A stretch of 64,000 bases of DNA from Raillietiella orientalis (taxonomy: Eukaryota), in the NCBI GenBank assembly GCA_036172245.1, contig JAYWIR010000007.1, positions 1,736,001 to 1,800,000 of the forward strand. Direction: 5' to 3'. Both the position numbers and the translations under genes were made by a program. Of the stretch, positions 1-12,919 are shown piece after piece (within the stretch, counting starts at the first letter, position 1; each line of letters begins with the position of its first letter). The notes under the pieces were generated by a model. That model worked only from the letters and a program-made list of their open reading frames with translations. It made no database searches and was not told the origin of the DNA.

Positions 1-120
1 GCCGAGCTCATCTGCTTCGCCATGAAGACCAGCGGCCGCAAGATGACCCTCAACGCCATCTACAGATGGATCCAGGAAAATTTCCGGTACTACCGAGAAG
101 CCGAACCGGTGCGCCTGAAG
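1..120 (+). CDS. FoxJ1: FoxJ1-like forkhead transcription factor, coding exon (5'-partial, starts upstream of window)
   Basis: Frame 1 reads [40 protein letters not shown], matching forkhead helices 1-2 (cf. FOXJ1 ATLICMAMQ...[22 protein letters not shown]). It ends at donor AAG|GTAATG at 121. The intron 121-213 has an in-frame TAG and a pyrimidine-rich CAG acceptor. Confidence 0.85.
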
Positions 121-177
121 GTAATGATGAAAGAAAAAAAAAAAAGAGCGCAGGCTAGCAAAGAACGCGCGCGTTGA

Positions 178-696
<519 letters not shown>

Positions 697-1569
697 CCGG
701 AGGCAGGCTAGCGCTAAAGGTCCCGGGAAATAAACTGGCCCGCGGTCCTTCGAGGTCATCACCGACTCCTCGGTCTGGTGCGCGCGCCCTGCTTCCTTCT
801 CTTGGCAGGAAAGGAAACGCTCCTTTCCCGGAAGCGTCGCTCCCCGTTTCTCCGGGACTGCCCTTTCGTCAGGGCTCGCGGGACCGATCGGGAGCTTCCC
901 TCTGCGTCGATTATAGGCTGGACGCAGCAGGTCGCTCGCCAGCTGCACTCACGCGGCGCGCGATCTCTCCCGGAGCTACTGCGCTCGAGGGCTTTTGTTT
1001 CCGTCTCCTCCTACCCCTTTTTCATCCCCCCCACACACACACCCTCTCCCTCCGCGCAACAGCGGGCGGTACTCCACGGGAATCGGACCGATGTCGTCAT
1101 CACCGGCGAACAGACCACGCGGAAGCTGCCCCGCGCTCCCTTCCGCTTCCTGCCGCGAGGTCTGCGGTGCTCACGCGCCAAGAGCGGACAGCTACCTGTG
1201 CGCGCAGACGCCGTTCCGAGACCTCGCGACTCTGCAAGACCAAACCTCCTCTTTGCCTTTGAAAGTGCAGCGAGAAGAGATCTGCTTTGGACGCAGACCT
1301 CGGCCCGCGGACCTGAGCGCCCCGCGAAAGACGCAGACAGAAGAGTCGAGGCGACTCCTTTCGCCGTTCCCACAGCATGCCCTTTCGCAGAACCCTGAGG
1401 GTGTTCCCGAGACGACCATCTCTCTGAATGTCTGAATGACCGTTCGAGCGAATGCAGCTTGGAATGGATGCAATACAACGCCATTGTTGAAAGAATGCGG
1501 ATGATCATTCATTGCTGGAAGGTAGGGGGTTCGTGGTCTTTGCCCCCGAGCACCTCATGAAGAAAACCA

Positions 1570-2370
1570 AAAGGCGGAAAACCACTTCTTAAGACTAGCC
1601 AGCGCTGGAGGAGCGACAGGTTCGAATCCCGCCAGGGAAAGGATCGAGAAATTCGTACGTCGTGGGTTTCGAGTCCCCCCCGCGAGATGACGCTGGTTTG
1701 CTTATTCGGGCGCGGCTCCAGTAGGAAGCCGGGAACCGGATGCCCCCGTCGACTGGCCGGCATTGGAAGTGGACCCTTCGGGCTCCTCCGGGGAATCAAG
1801 CAGTGGGGATCCCTTCAAGGTTCCCCTCCAGTTATGAAGATGGAGTCTTTCCCTCCTCCCTTCCACGGTGGGGGAGAGCATCTCGTACCATGGAGCTGCT
1901 AGGTACCTCTCCAGAGTGCCAAGAAGAGCGTTGCTCCCTTCGGGGAGCGCCCTCCAGACAAATTCGTAAGCGTCCCTTCGGGGTTCTCTACAGAGGAGGA
2001 GGAAACGGGGAGCGGTTCCCTCGCGGGTTCCCTCCGAAGAAGAAAATGAGGAGCAGCTCCCTCCAGGGGGTCCCTTCGGAGACAACCAGGGTGAAGGTGA
2101 TTTCCACTCGGGGATCCTTTCCCAGGCGTGAGAGAGGAATGGACTCCGAGCTCTTCTTGGAATCATGGAGTGGTCCTCTCCCGGGGCACCCCTCCTATTT
2201 TGAAGAATTACATGCACCCTCGGGCAGCGCGGAGCAGCGTTGAAGAGCTGCATGAGCCCCCTCCAGGGTCACGACGGTTCTTGAGGTACTCAACCAACCA
2301 AAAAAAAGAAAACCCGAAAGAAAAAAGAAGGAAAGCTAGAAGGAAAACAGCGAGAACAGAAAAAGAAACC
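1570..2370 (+). mobile_element. tRNA-derived SINE-like retroposon, copy 1
   Basis: B-box GGTTCGAATCC at about 1619 and a second CGTCGTGGGTTTCGAGTCC at about 1658. The body (e.g. AAGCGTCCCTTCGGGGTTCTCTACAGAGGAG) matches the reverse complement of 25055-25630 and 35005-35790. A-rich tail at about 2295-2370. Boundaries approximate. Confidence 0.6.
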
Positions 2371-4933
2371 AAAGGGCTTTCCAACATCCTGGGCCGATCT
2401 CCCTGTGAGGTCGCTATTGGCCCTTCCTTTGTTTAAGGCTGGCATTCCGAGCTCGGCCGCGTGGTGCACGAGGAACATCGAGACGCCTCCATCAGGGGCA
2501 GGGAGGGTCGCAGTGCACACAGCTAGAGTTGAGGCTTCCCTGCACCCGAAGCAGCGTTGGGAAATGGGTTGCACACACGATGGTGGAGGGATGACTTCCC
2601 GATTCCTCTGCGACTCCTGGAAGGAGTGCTGTTTCTTTGAAAGGGAGGGCCTTTTCCGAGTCCTGTAGGCAGAAACGGGAAGTTTCGCGCTCGGACGAGA
2701 ACCGATGCCCCTGAGAATTTGGGCTGCGGCAAACCTAAGCGGCTCGGTTCCCGATAGAAGTAGCGCCTTGATTCCACTGACACTAGCTTCTGGAACTCGG
2801 GAAAACCGCCTCTCTTCGGGGAGCTCTCCTGACTCGTTTCCAAAACGATACCTCACTTTTTCGTTTTTTTTCTTTCTTTCTTTCTCCCGAAAGTCAGAAA
2901 AAAAAAAAAAAAAATCGAATTCGATACGGACTGCTCGTCGGTTAGGGGAAACAACACGAAAGCACCGATTTAAATCTCTAAGGAGCCAATGGTTTGAACT
3001 GGATAGGGCTCCGACAGTCATATCAGATTTACATGCTACCAATTCCTTAGCCTTGTGCACAGAGCTCATAAATAAATCGAGCGAAGACGTCGTGTAGTAG
3101 AAGGAAGGGGGGAGGGGGAAAAAGGGGGGGGGGGAAGAAAGAAAGAAAGGAAAAAAGTTCTTCCCGAAGCCTGGCACATAAATTAATTTGCGAAGAGTCT
3201 GCTGTATTGTCAACTGAAGTCTTTGACTGCGCAGCTGATAACGAACAGCGTGTGAGAAAAACTGCCTCTCTCCGGAGCGCTCTGTAAGTGGATTGGGCAC
3301 GGAAGCATCTTAAATTGCTCGATTATCCGCGTTCGCTCCGTAAACATCCTGGAGAATAAATAATTCACCTCGACGAGACCATTACGAAGCCATGAATAAT
3401 GTAGGGCAAAAGCTGAGCAGGGTTCCCAGGTTGTCATTAATGTCGCGATGCAAATTTCATGAGACAAAAAGTTCATTGTTTGCTTTGCTAATTACACGTT
3501 CGGATTGAAGCGGTTTATAGCTCTTATGAAAAGATCATGCGCCATCTCGTCTTCCAGCTCGCGATTCCACTGCCGCTGGATTGAATCATTATCTGCGAGG
3601 TTAGGTCACCCGTTTCGCCTCTAGCGCGTTTAGAAAAAGAACCGCCAGGAACGAAGAAAAGGGAAACGTGGCTAGTAGCCTCGTTTGCGTCCGTTCAGCC
3701 AACTCCAACCGCCTGGAAATCAGTCGAGAGTGGGTTTGGGCGTTGGGCCAGCCACCAGAATTGTCTTCCTGCCCTTCACCGTGACCAGCTGTACGTTTCG
3801 AAGCACTGCCAGGAGCAGATTTCCACTGAGGCAGTTCCCGACTTCAGAGTACACCGTCGATTCCTGGGCATTCCGTCTGTTCTTAAGCGCAGCCTTCACC
3901 TGCAGTCATTGCTGAAGCCAACCCTCCGTTTGTTCTGGGCTCTTCCTCAGATTCCAATGTAAATAAATTAGTGGTGCGAATTTCACGCCGGAATGCCATT
4001 CATCGAAGTGATGCCGGAAGCATTATCTGAAGTCTGCCTCGCCGACACGGTGAGTTGCGCGAGTCAAAATGTTTGCCGCCTTCTGGCATGGAAGAAGAAA
4101 TGGGCCTACCGACGGACTCGCAGCAGCAGCCCCAGCGAGGTCGAATTTCTTCGAATCTTTTATGTCGAGATGCTTTCATTTCCGAAGAAGTGGGATCGCT
4201 CAGCTGATTCGGAATTTCTCGCTTCCACGATGCTTTTTCTTTTTTCTTTTTTAAATTATCATTGCCTATTTTTGTCAAACAGGAACAGAGATCAAAAGCC
4301 GTAATGTGGAGTCGGAAGTTTCTTGCCGTGACACATGAATTCTCTCAGTGCTCTCTTGAGGCATAAAAGGGACGAAAAATGAAAGGCAAACGCGGATGCG
4401 ACTTGTGCCCCGAGGACCTGTTCGTTGGTTCTCGAGGTTGGCTCCCAGAATGTGAGGAAATCCAGGAAGTGCACGAGAAGTCGCACTTTGATTTCACTCT
4501 TCGTGAATTCAGTTGCTTTCAGGCTCCTTTCCTTCGCATCTGTTCTATCGGAACCACCAAGTGAGTGAACAAGGGAGCACTTGGCGACGCATTCGGAACC
4601 CTCTTTTCGGGTTCAGTCTTTTCGGGTGCTTCAGGTACTCTGCTTCGGAAGAGCGGCAGAATCCCCTCCGAAAACGAGAGAGAGAGAGAGAGAGTTCGTT
4701 TAGACTTTGGACGGCACTTTTTTTCGATGGGCTCGCACTTCTTCCACCTACACGAAATCTTTGCAGTCTCAAGTCGAAACGAGAGAAAAAGACCCCAGAA
4801 CTCCTGCTCGGCGACCGACTTCCCTTTTTCTGCCTTTCAAGCGCAGCTCGGATGGGGGTGGCCGAAGACTCGAGTTTTTTTCCTTGCTTCACAGTTAATG
4901 AAGCGTGAATAAATGCCAAAGCAATAAGAGCAT

Positions 4934-4959
4934 TTCTTCTTCTTCTTCTTCTTCTTCTT
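4934..4959. repeat. (CTT)n microsatellite
   Basis: Direct reading: TTCTTCTTCTTCTTCTTCTTCTTCTT. Confidence 0.9.
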
Positions 4960-7642
4960 GTTTGAGGGATAGAAGGCAGGTTAGGTTGTGAACGCTGCAA
5001 TCGCAGTTTCAAGAAGCAGATCGGTTCCAAAACACAAGAGTCACCAACGTCACTGCTTGGAATGAACCGAAGCTAACATACGGTTGCGCTGTGAATAATT
5101 ATGTTGACATTTTCAATGGAAAAAATTGCTCCAGAAGCCAAAAAGCTTTCGTGATCGTCAGTGTTAGCTCAGTGTAAGCCGATTTGCCTCTGATAATTGA
5201 TCGGCTGGCAAGGCATTAACAAAGTCATGCTTGTCAAACCCCCGACGATGGTGGACACAGCCTCTTACATGTTTAATAGGATATAGATGAAAATACAAAA
5301 CTACTCCGGGATCATTTTCCAGTGATATATAATTACCTCAGCTTCTCCGAAATTACAACACATGGTCCTGTGCATAATAGAATACTTTGGGCGCATCGGT
5401 GGATTTCCATGGTGAATTGCTACCTTCCTACCACCTATCCTTCTCACAACGAAACACACTCGCTCACATCAAAAATATTCTTATCTTAATTTTGAATAAG
5501 GCCTTAGCGACAGAGTTGATCAACAGATGAATTGCTTTACGTCTCCATTTGTATAAAGCACGTAATCAGACATACGGTGGAAACTGAAGGGCAGAATCTC
5601 AAGATAGATCTCACCATGAAAAAAAGATTCTGCAGGCTCAAGAAAAGACTGATGCTTCAGAGCAAACCAAAAATTTTCAGACAGTCTTGGTTTTTTTTTT
5701 TTTTAGAAAAATGTGAAATTGGGATTATTGAAATGTCGCAAAATAACGTACGTCACTGCTTGGTACTTCCTGCTATGACCGTATCTTCTGCTTGCTCCTA
5801 ATTATTCCTCCATGGGGGCCACATCGAAGCGAAGTGGATCCAGCAAATTGCATGAAATTATTGGAAACTGCAATTTCTCCTGCCGGTAGAAAAAAAAAAA
5901 AAAAAAAATGCTGCATTCTCCTCCTCCTCCTCCTTCATATGTATCTTAATCAAAGTAGCAAGCTTCCAATCATCAAGGCAAATGAAGAGGCTATTTTCGA
6001 GCATCCTTCGTGTTTCTTATCATGCGGCGATTTTTAATCCGAGGTACACTCTGGAACACAAGTGTACACCAGTCTCTCGAGTACCGCTTTCTTCTGCTCC
6101 GTGTCGTTTCCAAGGAAACCTCCGACAAAACCCCAGAAGAGAGCCTCGACGCCGAGATTCCCGATTCGTGTCCAAGAGACGCAGGTCGTACCGCTGGAAC
6201 TTTCCCACCAAGAGTTCCTCTTATTTTTCCGGCACACTCCGGAAGTTCAAAACGCCCCTTCCTGTTTGTGTGCACTCTTTTTTGCCCGAATCGATTTCGT
6301 CGCCCAACCGATGGTGCCGTTCTGACTGCCTATTCCAATAGGGTTCCCATTCTTTCAAAGAACATTTCTGCAAGACAGAAACAAAAGCGCACTTCTTCAT
6401 GGAATTCGTTTCTTCCGCAAACACTATCTCGCAGTGTACTCCATTTCCTCTTAGCTTCAGCATCTCGCTTAGAATGCAATGTTTCCAGGATTCCGGTTCC
6501 CCTTACGTTCCTTTGGCTTCAAGCACTTTTTTTTAACCAAGGACCACCTTGCTTCTGCCTCCTCGTGAGCTTCCATAGAGCCTCAATCTGAAGTCTGTAC
6601 GTGCAAGTTTTGCTTCAAAGCTCGCAGTTTTCTTCCTGGAATGTGCTGTGGATGGGAACTTTGCGCGCCAAAATTTCAAATTCCACAAAATTTAAAGCTG
6701 TGGATAAAATTAGATTGCGAGTCCAATCTTACACATTGCCCATCAGCTTTCGGATTGGAATAAAGCTGAAATTTCAGTGGGATCTTCAGTTTAGGCCTTT
6801 CGTGACGTGCTTGCAGTTTCTCTTCTTCCATCAAGAAACCGGAAAGGGCTTTGAAATTTTCCTAGGAAAAAAAAGAAGAGTGCTTCTCTGTGTGCTTCTC
6901 TTTACCATCACCTCCGAGGTAATTCTTAATTGTCCATCAAAGTTTGCCTCTATAAATTCACTTACCAAGTGCATTTCTGGGCATGTTTCCCCCCCCCCCT
7001 CTTTCTTTCTTGACTTTAGTAGGGTTCACCTCTTTGCATTTTATCGCCCTAAACTGAATAAGTTCCCATTCAACGAAATTGCCATTCCTTTAAATGCATA
7101 TTAATTTTGGCATTTTAACGTTCCTTCATGCAAAGAAATTGAATTCGTTGGAATACTTCTGACTGATGTGCTTTAAGAGTCCCAACTCAGTAAATATGAC
7201 TTGGAAACAACGAGCCACATCTTAGGAGGATTCCAAAACAGGGTGAATAGTAAAAAAAAAAAAAAAAAAGTGAGGACAGAGGCACATTTGCTTTCGCTGT
7301 ACAATTTCATTAGATGAAAGCACTACTTATATATTCATTATAATTGTAATAAAAGATGTATTCAATTATGTTCCCAAAAGATGTATTCGTTATGGCTATT
7401 ATTTTTTTCTTTGCAAAACCAGCTCAATTCTTCGAGGAATGTTCCTCTAGCGTTCTCATTGTGGTAGTTCGTGGTCCTCGAGCAGTTGTCAGTTTCTTCC
7501 CTTGAATAAAACAGTCCAAAGCCATCATCGTGATTTCAAGTCAGCTAATAAATACCTAAGAAGTTCCTAAGAATATCTTGTGCCATGCAATAGTAGCTGC
7601 CAAGTCGATTCAGGAAATAGTTTTGCTAAATTTAATGGAAAA

Positions 7643-8113
7643 TTACAAGGCGCACTTGTCCCGACGGGCACAGCAGTTTGACATCTGAGGAAAGCTTGAG
7701 CAGCACGGTGGCTCCGGGGCACAAGGACTGGTGGGTGGACAAGGACCACATGGAGGGCAGGGACCACATGGAGGGCATGGTGCGCAACACGGAGGTCCTG
7801 GGGGACACGGAGGACAAGGTGCTCCTGGTGGGCATGGTCCACATGGCGGACACGGGGGGCAGCAGGGAGGACAAGGTGGTCCTGGTGGTCCAGGTGGACA
7901 AGGTACACAAGGAGGCGTCGGCGCGCAGCACTGTGGAGTGGGAGCACATGGAATCGATGGGATACAGGGATTACAAGGAGGACATGGAGGACACGGAGGG
8001 CACGGGCAGCATTGGACACACTGAGCACACGGAGGTGACCATGTGGGGCACGGTGCTCCTACCGAGCAAACTGAGCAGCAAGAAGGACTATAAGCTGGAG
8101 GGCATTTTCCCAT
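7643..8113 (-). CDS. Cys/Pro-rich repeat protein, 156 aa (CPP/CGP repeats; resembles Mst84D/Mst87F/SMCP-type sperm-tail structural proteins)
   Basis: GC-rich ORF in AT-rich DNA. ATG is in CAAAATGG context just after a TTTCAG 5'-UTR acceptor (about 8123-8128 on -). About 40 Cys, CPPC/CGPC repeats, synonymous variation at Pro and Cys third positions, and no signal peptide. Confidence 0.75.
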   Translation of the reverse strand: MGKCPPAYSPSCCSVCSVGAPCPTWSPPCAQCVQCCPCPPCPPCPPCNPCIPSIPCAPTPQCCAPTPPCVPCPPGPPGPPCPPCCPPCPPCGPCPPGAPCPPCPPGPPCCAPCPPCGPCPPCGPCPPTSPCAPEPPCCSSFPQMSNCCARRDKCAL

Positions 8114-10344
8114 TTTGTGAATCTGAAAGGAGATTCCTGTTTAGCTGTTACATAGAGTATGTCTAGTTTCGAAATCATTCCATTGAAACGTAGGAAGTAA
8201 ATACGCGTACGTTCACATAAAAATGGGTGACACATACCAAGAGATGAATTTCCTCAGAGTTCGTCAAATTAATGCTACGAAAGAAGGGAGAAGGAAGGAC
8301 TATTGGTTAAAAAGAAGATAAACTTCGTAATTGAAATTCAAAACAGGAATTTGACTAAACAACAATCGCACAGTAAGAAAAACAAGCGTTGCCAAGAGAC
8401 CTGTTGAACTAAACTCTAATTTCTAGCCAACCCAAAAAATGTGCGGGAACATTAGAGCAGAAATCACATAATTTGATTAATTTTCTGCTTTTCCTAACTA
8501 TGCAAATTAATAGCCTTGTGTTTCATTATGAGCAATACACTAACCATGCTAAAAAATATAATTATCTTGATATCCTTTCCCTCGAGTGACTTGCGCAGGA
8601 AAATCTAAATCCTACATCTTATTGCTAACCAATGTAAGAGCTCTGAAACCTAATTAGGATTTCAGGACTTTTAAAAAAAATACTTCTCTCTTTAAATCGG
8701 GATTTCAGGAAATGGAACTATTTTCCCCAAAATAAATTCGCAGTTTAATTTGATATAAGGAAACTCAGTGAACCAGATATTCATTAATTAACTCTCTAGT
8801 AAAAGGAAATGATGAAAAAGTATGAAATAAAAGTCAAGTCCTTAATTTTCATGGGTTTCCTGTTTGAAAGCTTTCAGATTTTGCTCTTTTATTCCCATTC
8901 GGGTTCTCAACGGATTCAAAACCTCCCGGCCATAAAAAGAAAGTAATGAATTTTCATCGGCAACGACAACATCAAAGTGGCTCGGTCCAGATGCGTTCAG
9001 TAACCCTCAGTTGAAAAGAAGATTGCGATTGGAAAATTGTTCAAACCAGTTTCTATACCTAATAGTGCAATTTGAACATTGATACAGCAATTTTTTTAAA
9101 AAAAAAAATGACTCTTTTCTCAAAAAAATATGCTTACTGTAAATATTGCCTACATTTAAGATTGGCTTTTTCTTTCATACTTTCTTTCAAAGAAGAGAAA
9201 CTTGTAGCTCTCCAAAATTAGGTGATATAATTTGATACCAATGAGTACATTATTAGTATCAAATTAAATTTAATTATTAATCACTTATTTATGATAACAT
9301 ATTCATTTTCCTGGAAGTAATATGCTTCATTTCCCATAAAATTCATGTCACGTTTCACGATCCTTCAGTAGGATGAAGTACGTGTTTAAGAACAACATAA
9401 ATTAATTTGTTTGAGTTCGTTTTCAGTGAGTTGTTTATGCATCTCGTATTATTATCTTATGCTTTAAATTTACTCAGCAAGAAAGCAGAATTTAGAACTC
9501 TGGATTTCAGATCGTTCAGAGACATTAGCAATCAAATAAAGGCAAACAGTTACCAAAACGATTTCTGAAACGATAACAGGAACAATTCCTTTGGAGTTTG
9601 TTTTGATTTTAGCTTTGTCAAAAGAAAAGGCTAAAATACAAACACGAATGATTGGATAATTGCTGTTGCCTCATTAGCATAGGATTAGCATAGGATTTGC
9701 GAATCTGATTTATAGGAATCTTCTAATTAATGCAGTATAAGTGAAGCCATTTTGGTGTGGACTTGGAACAACGGTGCCGAACTCGAGACGCTCTGTCCAC
9801 TCAAACTCTGGGAGTCATTTTCTGTGATTCTCAAGAAGCAAACAAATGTGAGAAATCGTAACTGTTTTTTTTCCTTTCTTTCCAACTATTAGTTGTTTGA
9901 GTTAGTTCAGCAAATCAAAACTCATTTAGATGTTTTGAACATCTAATTTTATGTAATTTGAAACAGAGAGTTGCTAGAAAGTTGCTAGCTCTGATACATA
10001 GAAGAAATGCAAGTCTTTGTCTTCCGCATCTTCATCTGCACTTCTATCCGTGTAAATTGCAATTTTGTTATAAAACACACACACAAGAAAAAACTATTAT
10101 AGAAGCGTAAATTAAAAATAAATAAATGCAATATTTCGATATCTAGTAGAAGCCCCGAATGACTATCAAGAGTGAATTTAATAAAACAATTGCTTGTATC
10201 ATGAGAAGGAGAACTTCTGTATCTTTTTTCTCAACTCTATACACGAAAAAGAAGAAAAAAAATTTCTTCATCAAAACCCCTAATGCCAAAAGTCACATAG
10301 CTTGTCAACTATGACATTTAAGGATAATCGTGTTTTAAGTGGTT

Positions 10345-10800
10345 GTTACATGGAGCTTTTTAGGGGGGCTCGCGGGTATCCCTGTCTTGGAGATACTGGG
10401 AAAAGCTTGGTGTGTTGTCGTCCTGCCAAGACAAGCTGGTTCTGAAGTGTTTTTTTTTCTTCTTTTTTTTTCCGTGTACGGGTGTACGGTGTACGCACCA
10501 CTCCAAGGACTTTAAAACTGGAAAGTAGTCCCACGGGTGCACTGCGAGGGAAGTGCAGTGCGAGTGTTGTGCCCGGCGGTCGCGGTGACGGACGGAATGG
10601 TGAAGCACCCGTGCTCAGCACGTAACCCAGCGGGTCATAATTTCCTTGAAATTATTTTGTCAGAGCGACTTTCTGAAATCTTCAGCATCCGTATACCGAT
10701 TCCAGTGTGCATGAAACTTTTCCTTTGATTCCCGTCCTTCGATTCAGTGTTTTCCATGTGAATTATGACAGCGATGAATTAATATCAGTTTCGTTTATAC
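10345..10800. promoter_or_regulatory. CpG-rich patch between divergently oriented genes; candidate promoter or non-coding first exon of MED14
   Basis: Local GC/CpG enrichment within an AT-rich, CpG-poor domain. The MED14 ATG is preceded by an acceptor-like CCAG at 12894-12897, suggesting an upstream non-coding exon. A donor-like CA|GTAAGT lies at 10846. Confidence 0.35.
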
Positions 10801-12919
10801 CGTATAAATATGTTGCAAGCAACTGATTTTCCAGATTGAGGTTCAGTAAGTGTAATAACAAAATCCAGAACTTAGATTTGTTGGAAACCATGTTTGCTTT
10901 GAATTGAGTGGTGAGCTAATGTTTTAGATGGAATTTTAAAGTGATATTTTAGAAATCAGAACGGTTTATTAGGTTTATTAGAGAGACATTTCACTTATGA
11001 TTTTGCAATTAAATCGGTATTTTATGTGACATATTTCCATATTGATATGTATTCAATGCTGCTAAAATCATTTTGTAACATTACCATACTTACAGTGTCC
11101 CATCAGGACACCAAGTGCGCACATACTGGGAGATAGTGCGGTCTCAAGTGGGGACTTCCTTACAAAGAGTTCGTTTTTGGAAAAAAAAATGTCTCCGAAT
11201 GGGAACATTTGTCATCTGTGTTCCACGTACACGTAACCTGCAATGCTCTGATAAAAATATAGAGAAATCTTTTCCTATCTAAGGAACTATATCTAATTTA
11301 CATAACGTTTGTGTGCATAATTTTAGATCATTTTTCATGGTCTGACTGCCGGAATTCTTTATAAATGGCCATTAAATCAAAGTGGCATATTACTGATGTT
11401 TTTAATGTCAATTTTCCAATTAGTTTTTGGGTTGTTGTACACTGAGATGTATCTATGTTGTAACCATGAAAAGTTAATTTTCATGGATGTATTTTATGTT
11501 TGCTCTATTGCTTTTGTTGCTTAAGTTTTTTGGGGGGGGGTTGTTAGCAAAGGAACTTTAGTCAGTTCATCTGTAAATCTATGCTGTTAAATGTTTCGTA
11601 TGTATTAGTTTATTTTACATGTGATGGCTGTTCATTTAAGTTAATGGTAATTAAAAGTCCATGACATCTGTATCATGCCATTGAGCAGTCAAAACAAAAA
11701 AAGTTTGATTAAAATCCCAACTTATAAGTGATGTGAATTTGTTCTTACTACGAAGATGCATTTAAGATTACCAATAAAATTGCGGCAAATTTAAAAGGTA
11801 ATTTTTTATCAAAATAAGACTTCAAGCCAAACCTATAAATGTGACAAACATGATGTTGTCCGCAAAATTGGATTTGTTCAAATGTGATTGTGTTTTGATA
11901 CTTACACTTACAAAAAAACTTTTAACAATAGAAAAAAAAATGACCGATTTAGACACATTACCTTTTTACATCGCATTACTGTAATTTAATGTGAAGAATT
12001 CTAATTTTTTGTAAAAGATAATTTGCATGAATTTGAAGAATTAATGTGACATTTTAAGATTATAACTATCGAAATTTTTTAAAATATTATATCAGTCAGT
12101 CATGCTTTAGGGAAACCATGTATTTTTTCAGTGTTGAAGCAATAATAATGCTGTTAGATGCTAATACTTTATTGTAATGTTACCAAACTTGTATTACATA
12201 TTAAGAACTTATTAGGTAAAATCATCTCAGTTTAAAAATATATCGTGTTGATTGAGACAGTTTCAATTTTGTATTGTACAGTAATATTTCATATTGATGA
12301 CTGAACGTGAATATTTGGGAAATATGCAATGTGAAATGCAAGACATTAGTTCACGATGTTAGTTTAGATGAATTATGTTACCATAATGAATGATATACTA
12401 ATGAAGATTATTTACTACTGTTTCATGAAAATTTTGAATTCCTTGAATGTGTCAAGTACCTCTAGACTTTATAATTGTGATAGTTTTCATAAGAGTGGTT
12501 CGTCATTTTTTATATGGCTCTTATACAGTGGTCACTACAATTGGAATTCCTATTTTTAGCTTTTTTCTCGGTTTATCACATGCATTATTTTGCATAATTT
12601 CACGATTACCATGGTTTTATCAAGGTTAGGCCATTAAAAGCATTGCATAAATCAGTATACATTAGCAAGAAGTTTGTTTAAAATACTTAAGTAGGTATTT
12701 GAATCTAATTATACATTATCACATTGTAAATCCAGGTGGTTTTTTGCTGATCTCTTCATTTCTATAATGTTTTCTGATGAATCACTGAATAAAAAAATGC
12801 AACTACTGAAATTTATTTGTAGTGTATATTCTTTAGATTGTATAGCCTTTAAAAATGTAATAAATGCTTTATGAGTATTTTGGATTTTTGAAACCAGGTC
12901 AAGGGTGACCCAGTTCATT

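Noticed and set aside
778..1398. 206-aa ORF with faint Tc1-like words (VARQLHSRG, VVITGEQT)
   Set aside because: Too few and too degenerate motifs, no TIRs seen; not supportable as a gene or TE.
2290..3915. 336-aa minus ORF and zinc-knuckle-like words (RCFGCRE at about 2550; QCFE..GH at about 3800)
   Set aside because: The ORF runs through homopolymers and has no coherent domain; the knuckles are incomplete. At most very old retroelement debris.
6090..6270. Possible fourth copy of the SINE-like family
   Set aside because: Only short GAAGAG/CC-type word matches; no head or co-linear alignment could be established by eye.
7731..8024. Gly/His/Gln-rich cuticle-like ORF on +
   Set aside because: Starts at GTG, and the codon constraints are explained by the minus-strand Cys/Pro frame.
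7643..8113. Cys/Pro protein as minicollagen, metallothionein or CaaX-prenylated protein
   Set aside because: No signal peptide, only 2-3 Gly-X-Y triplets, no CxxxC spacing, too Pro-rich for metallothionein, and the terminal Cys is third from the end rather than fourth.
10500..10640. RNase P/MRP or telomerase RNA
   Set aside because: GGAAAGTAGTCCC only loosely resembles CR-I, no CR-V partner was found, and there is no convincing telomeric template.
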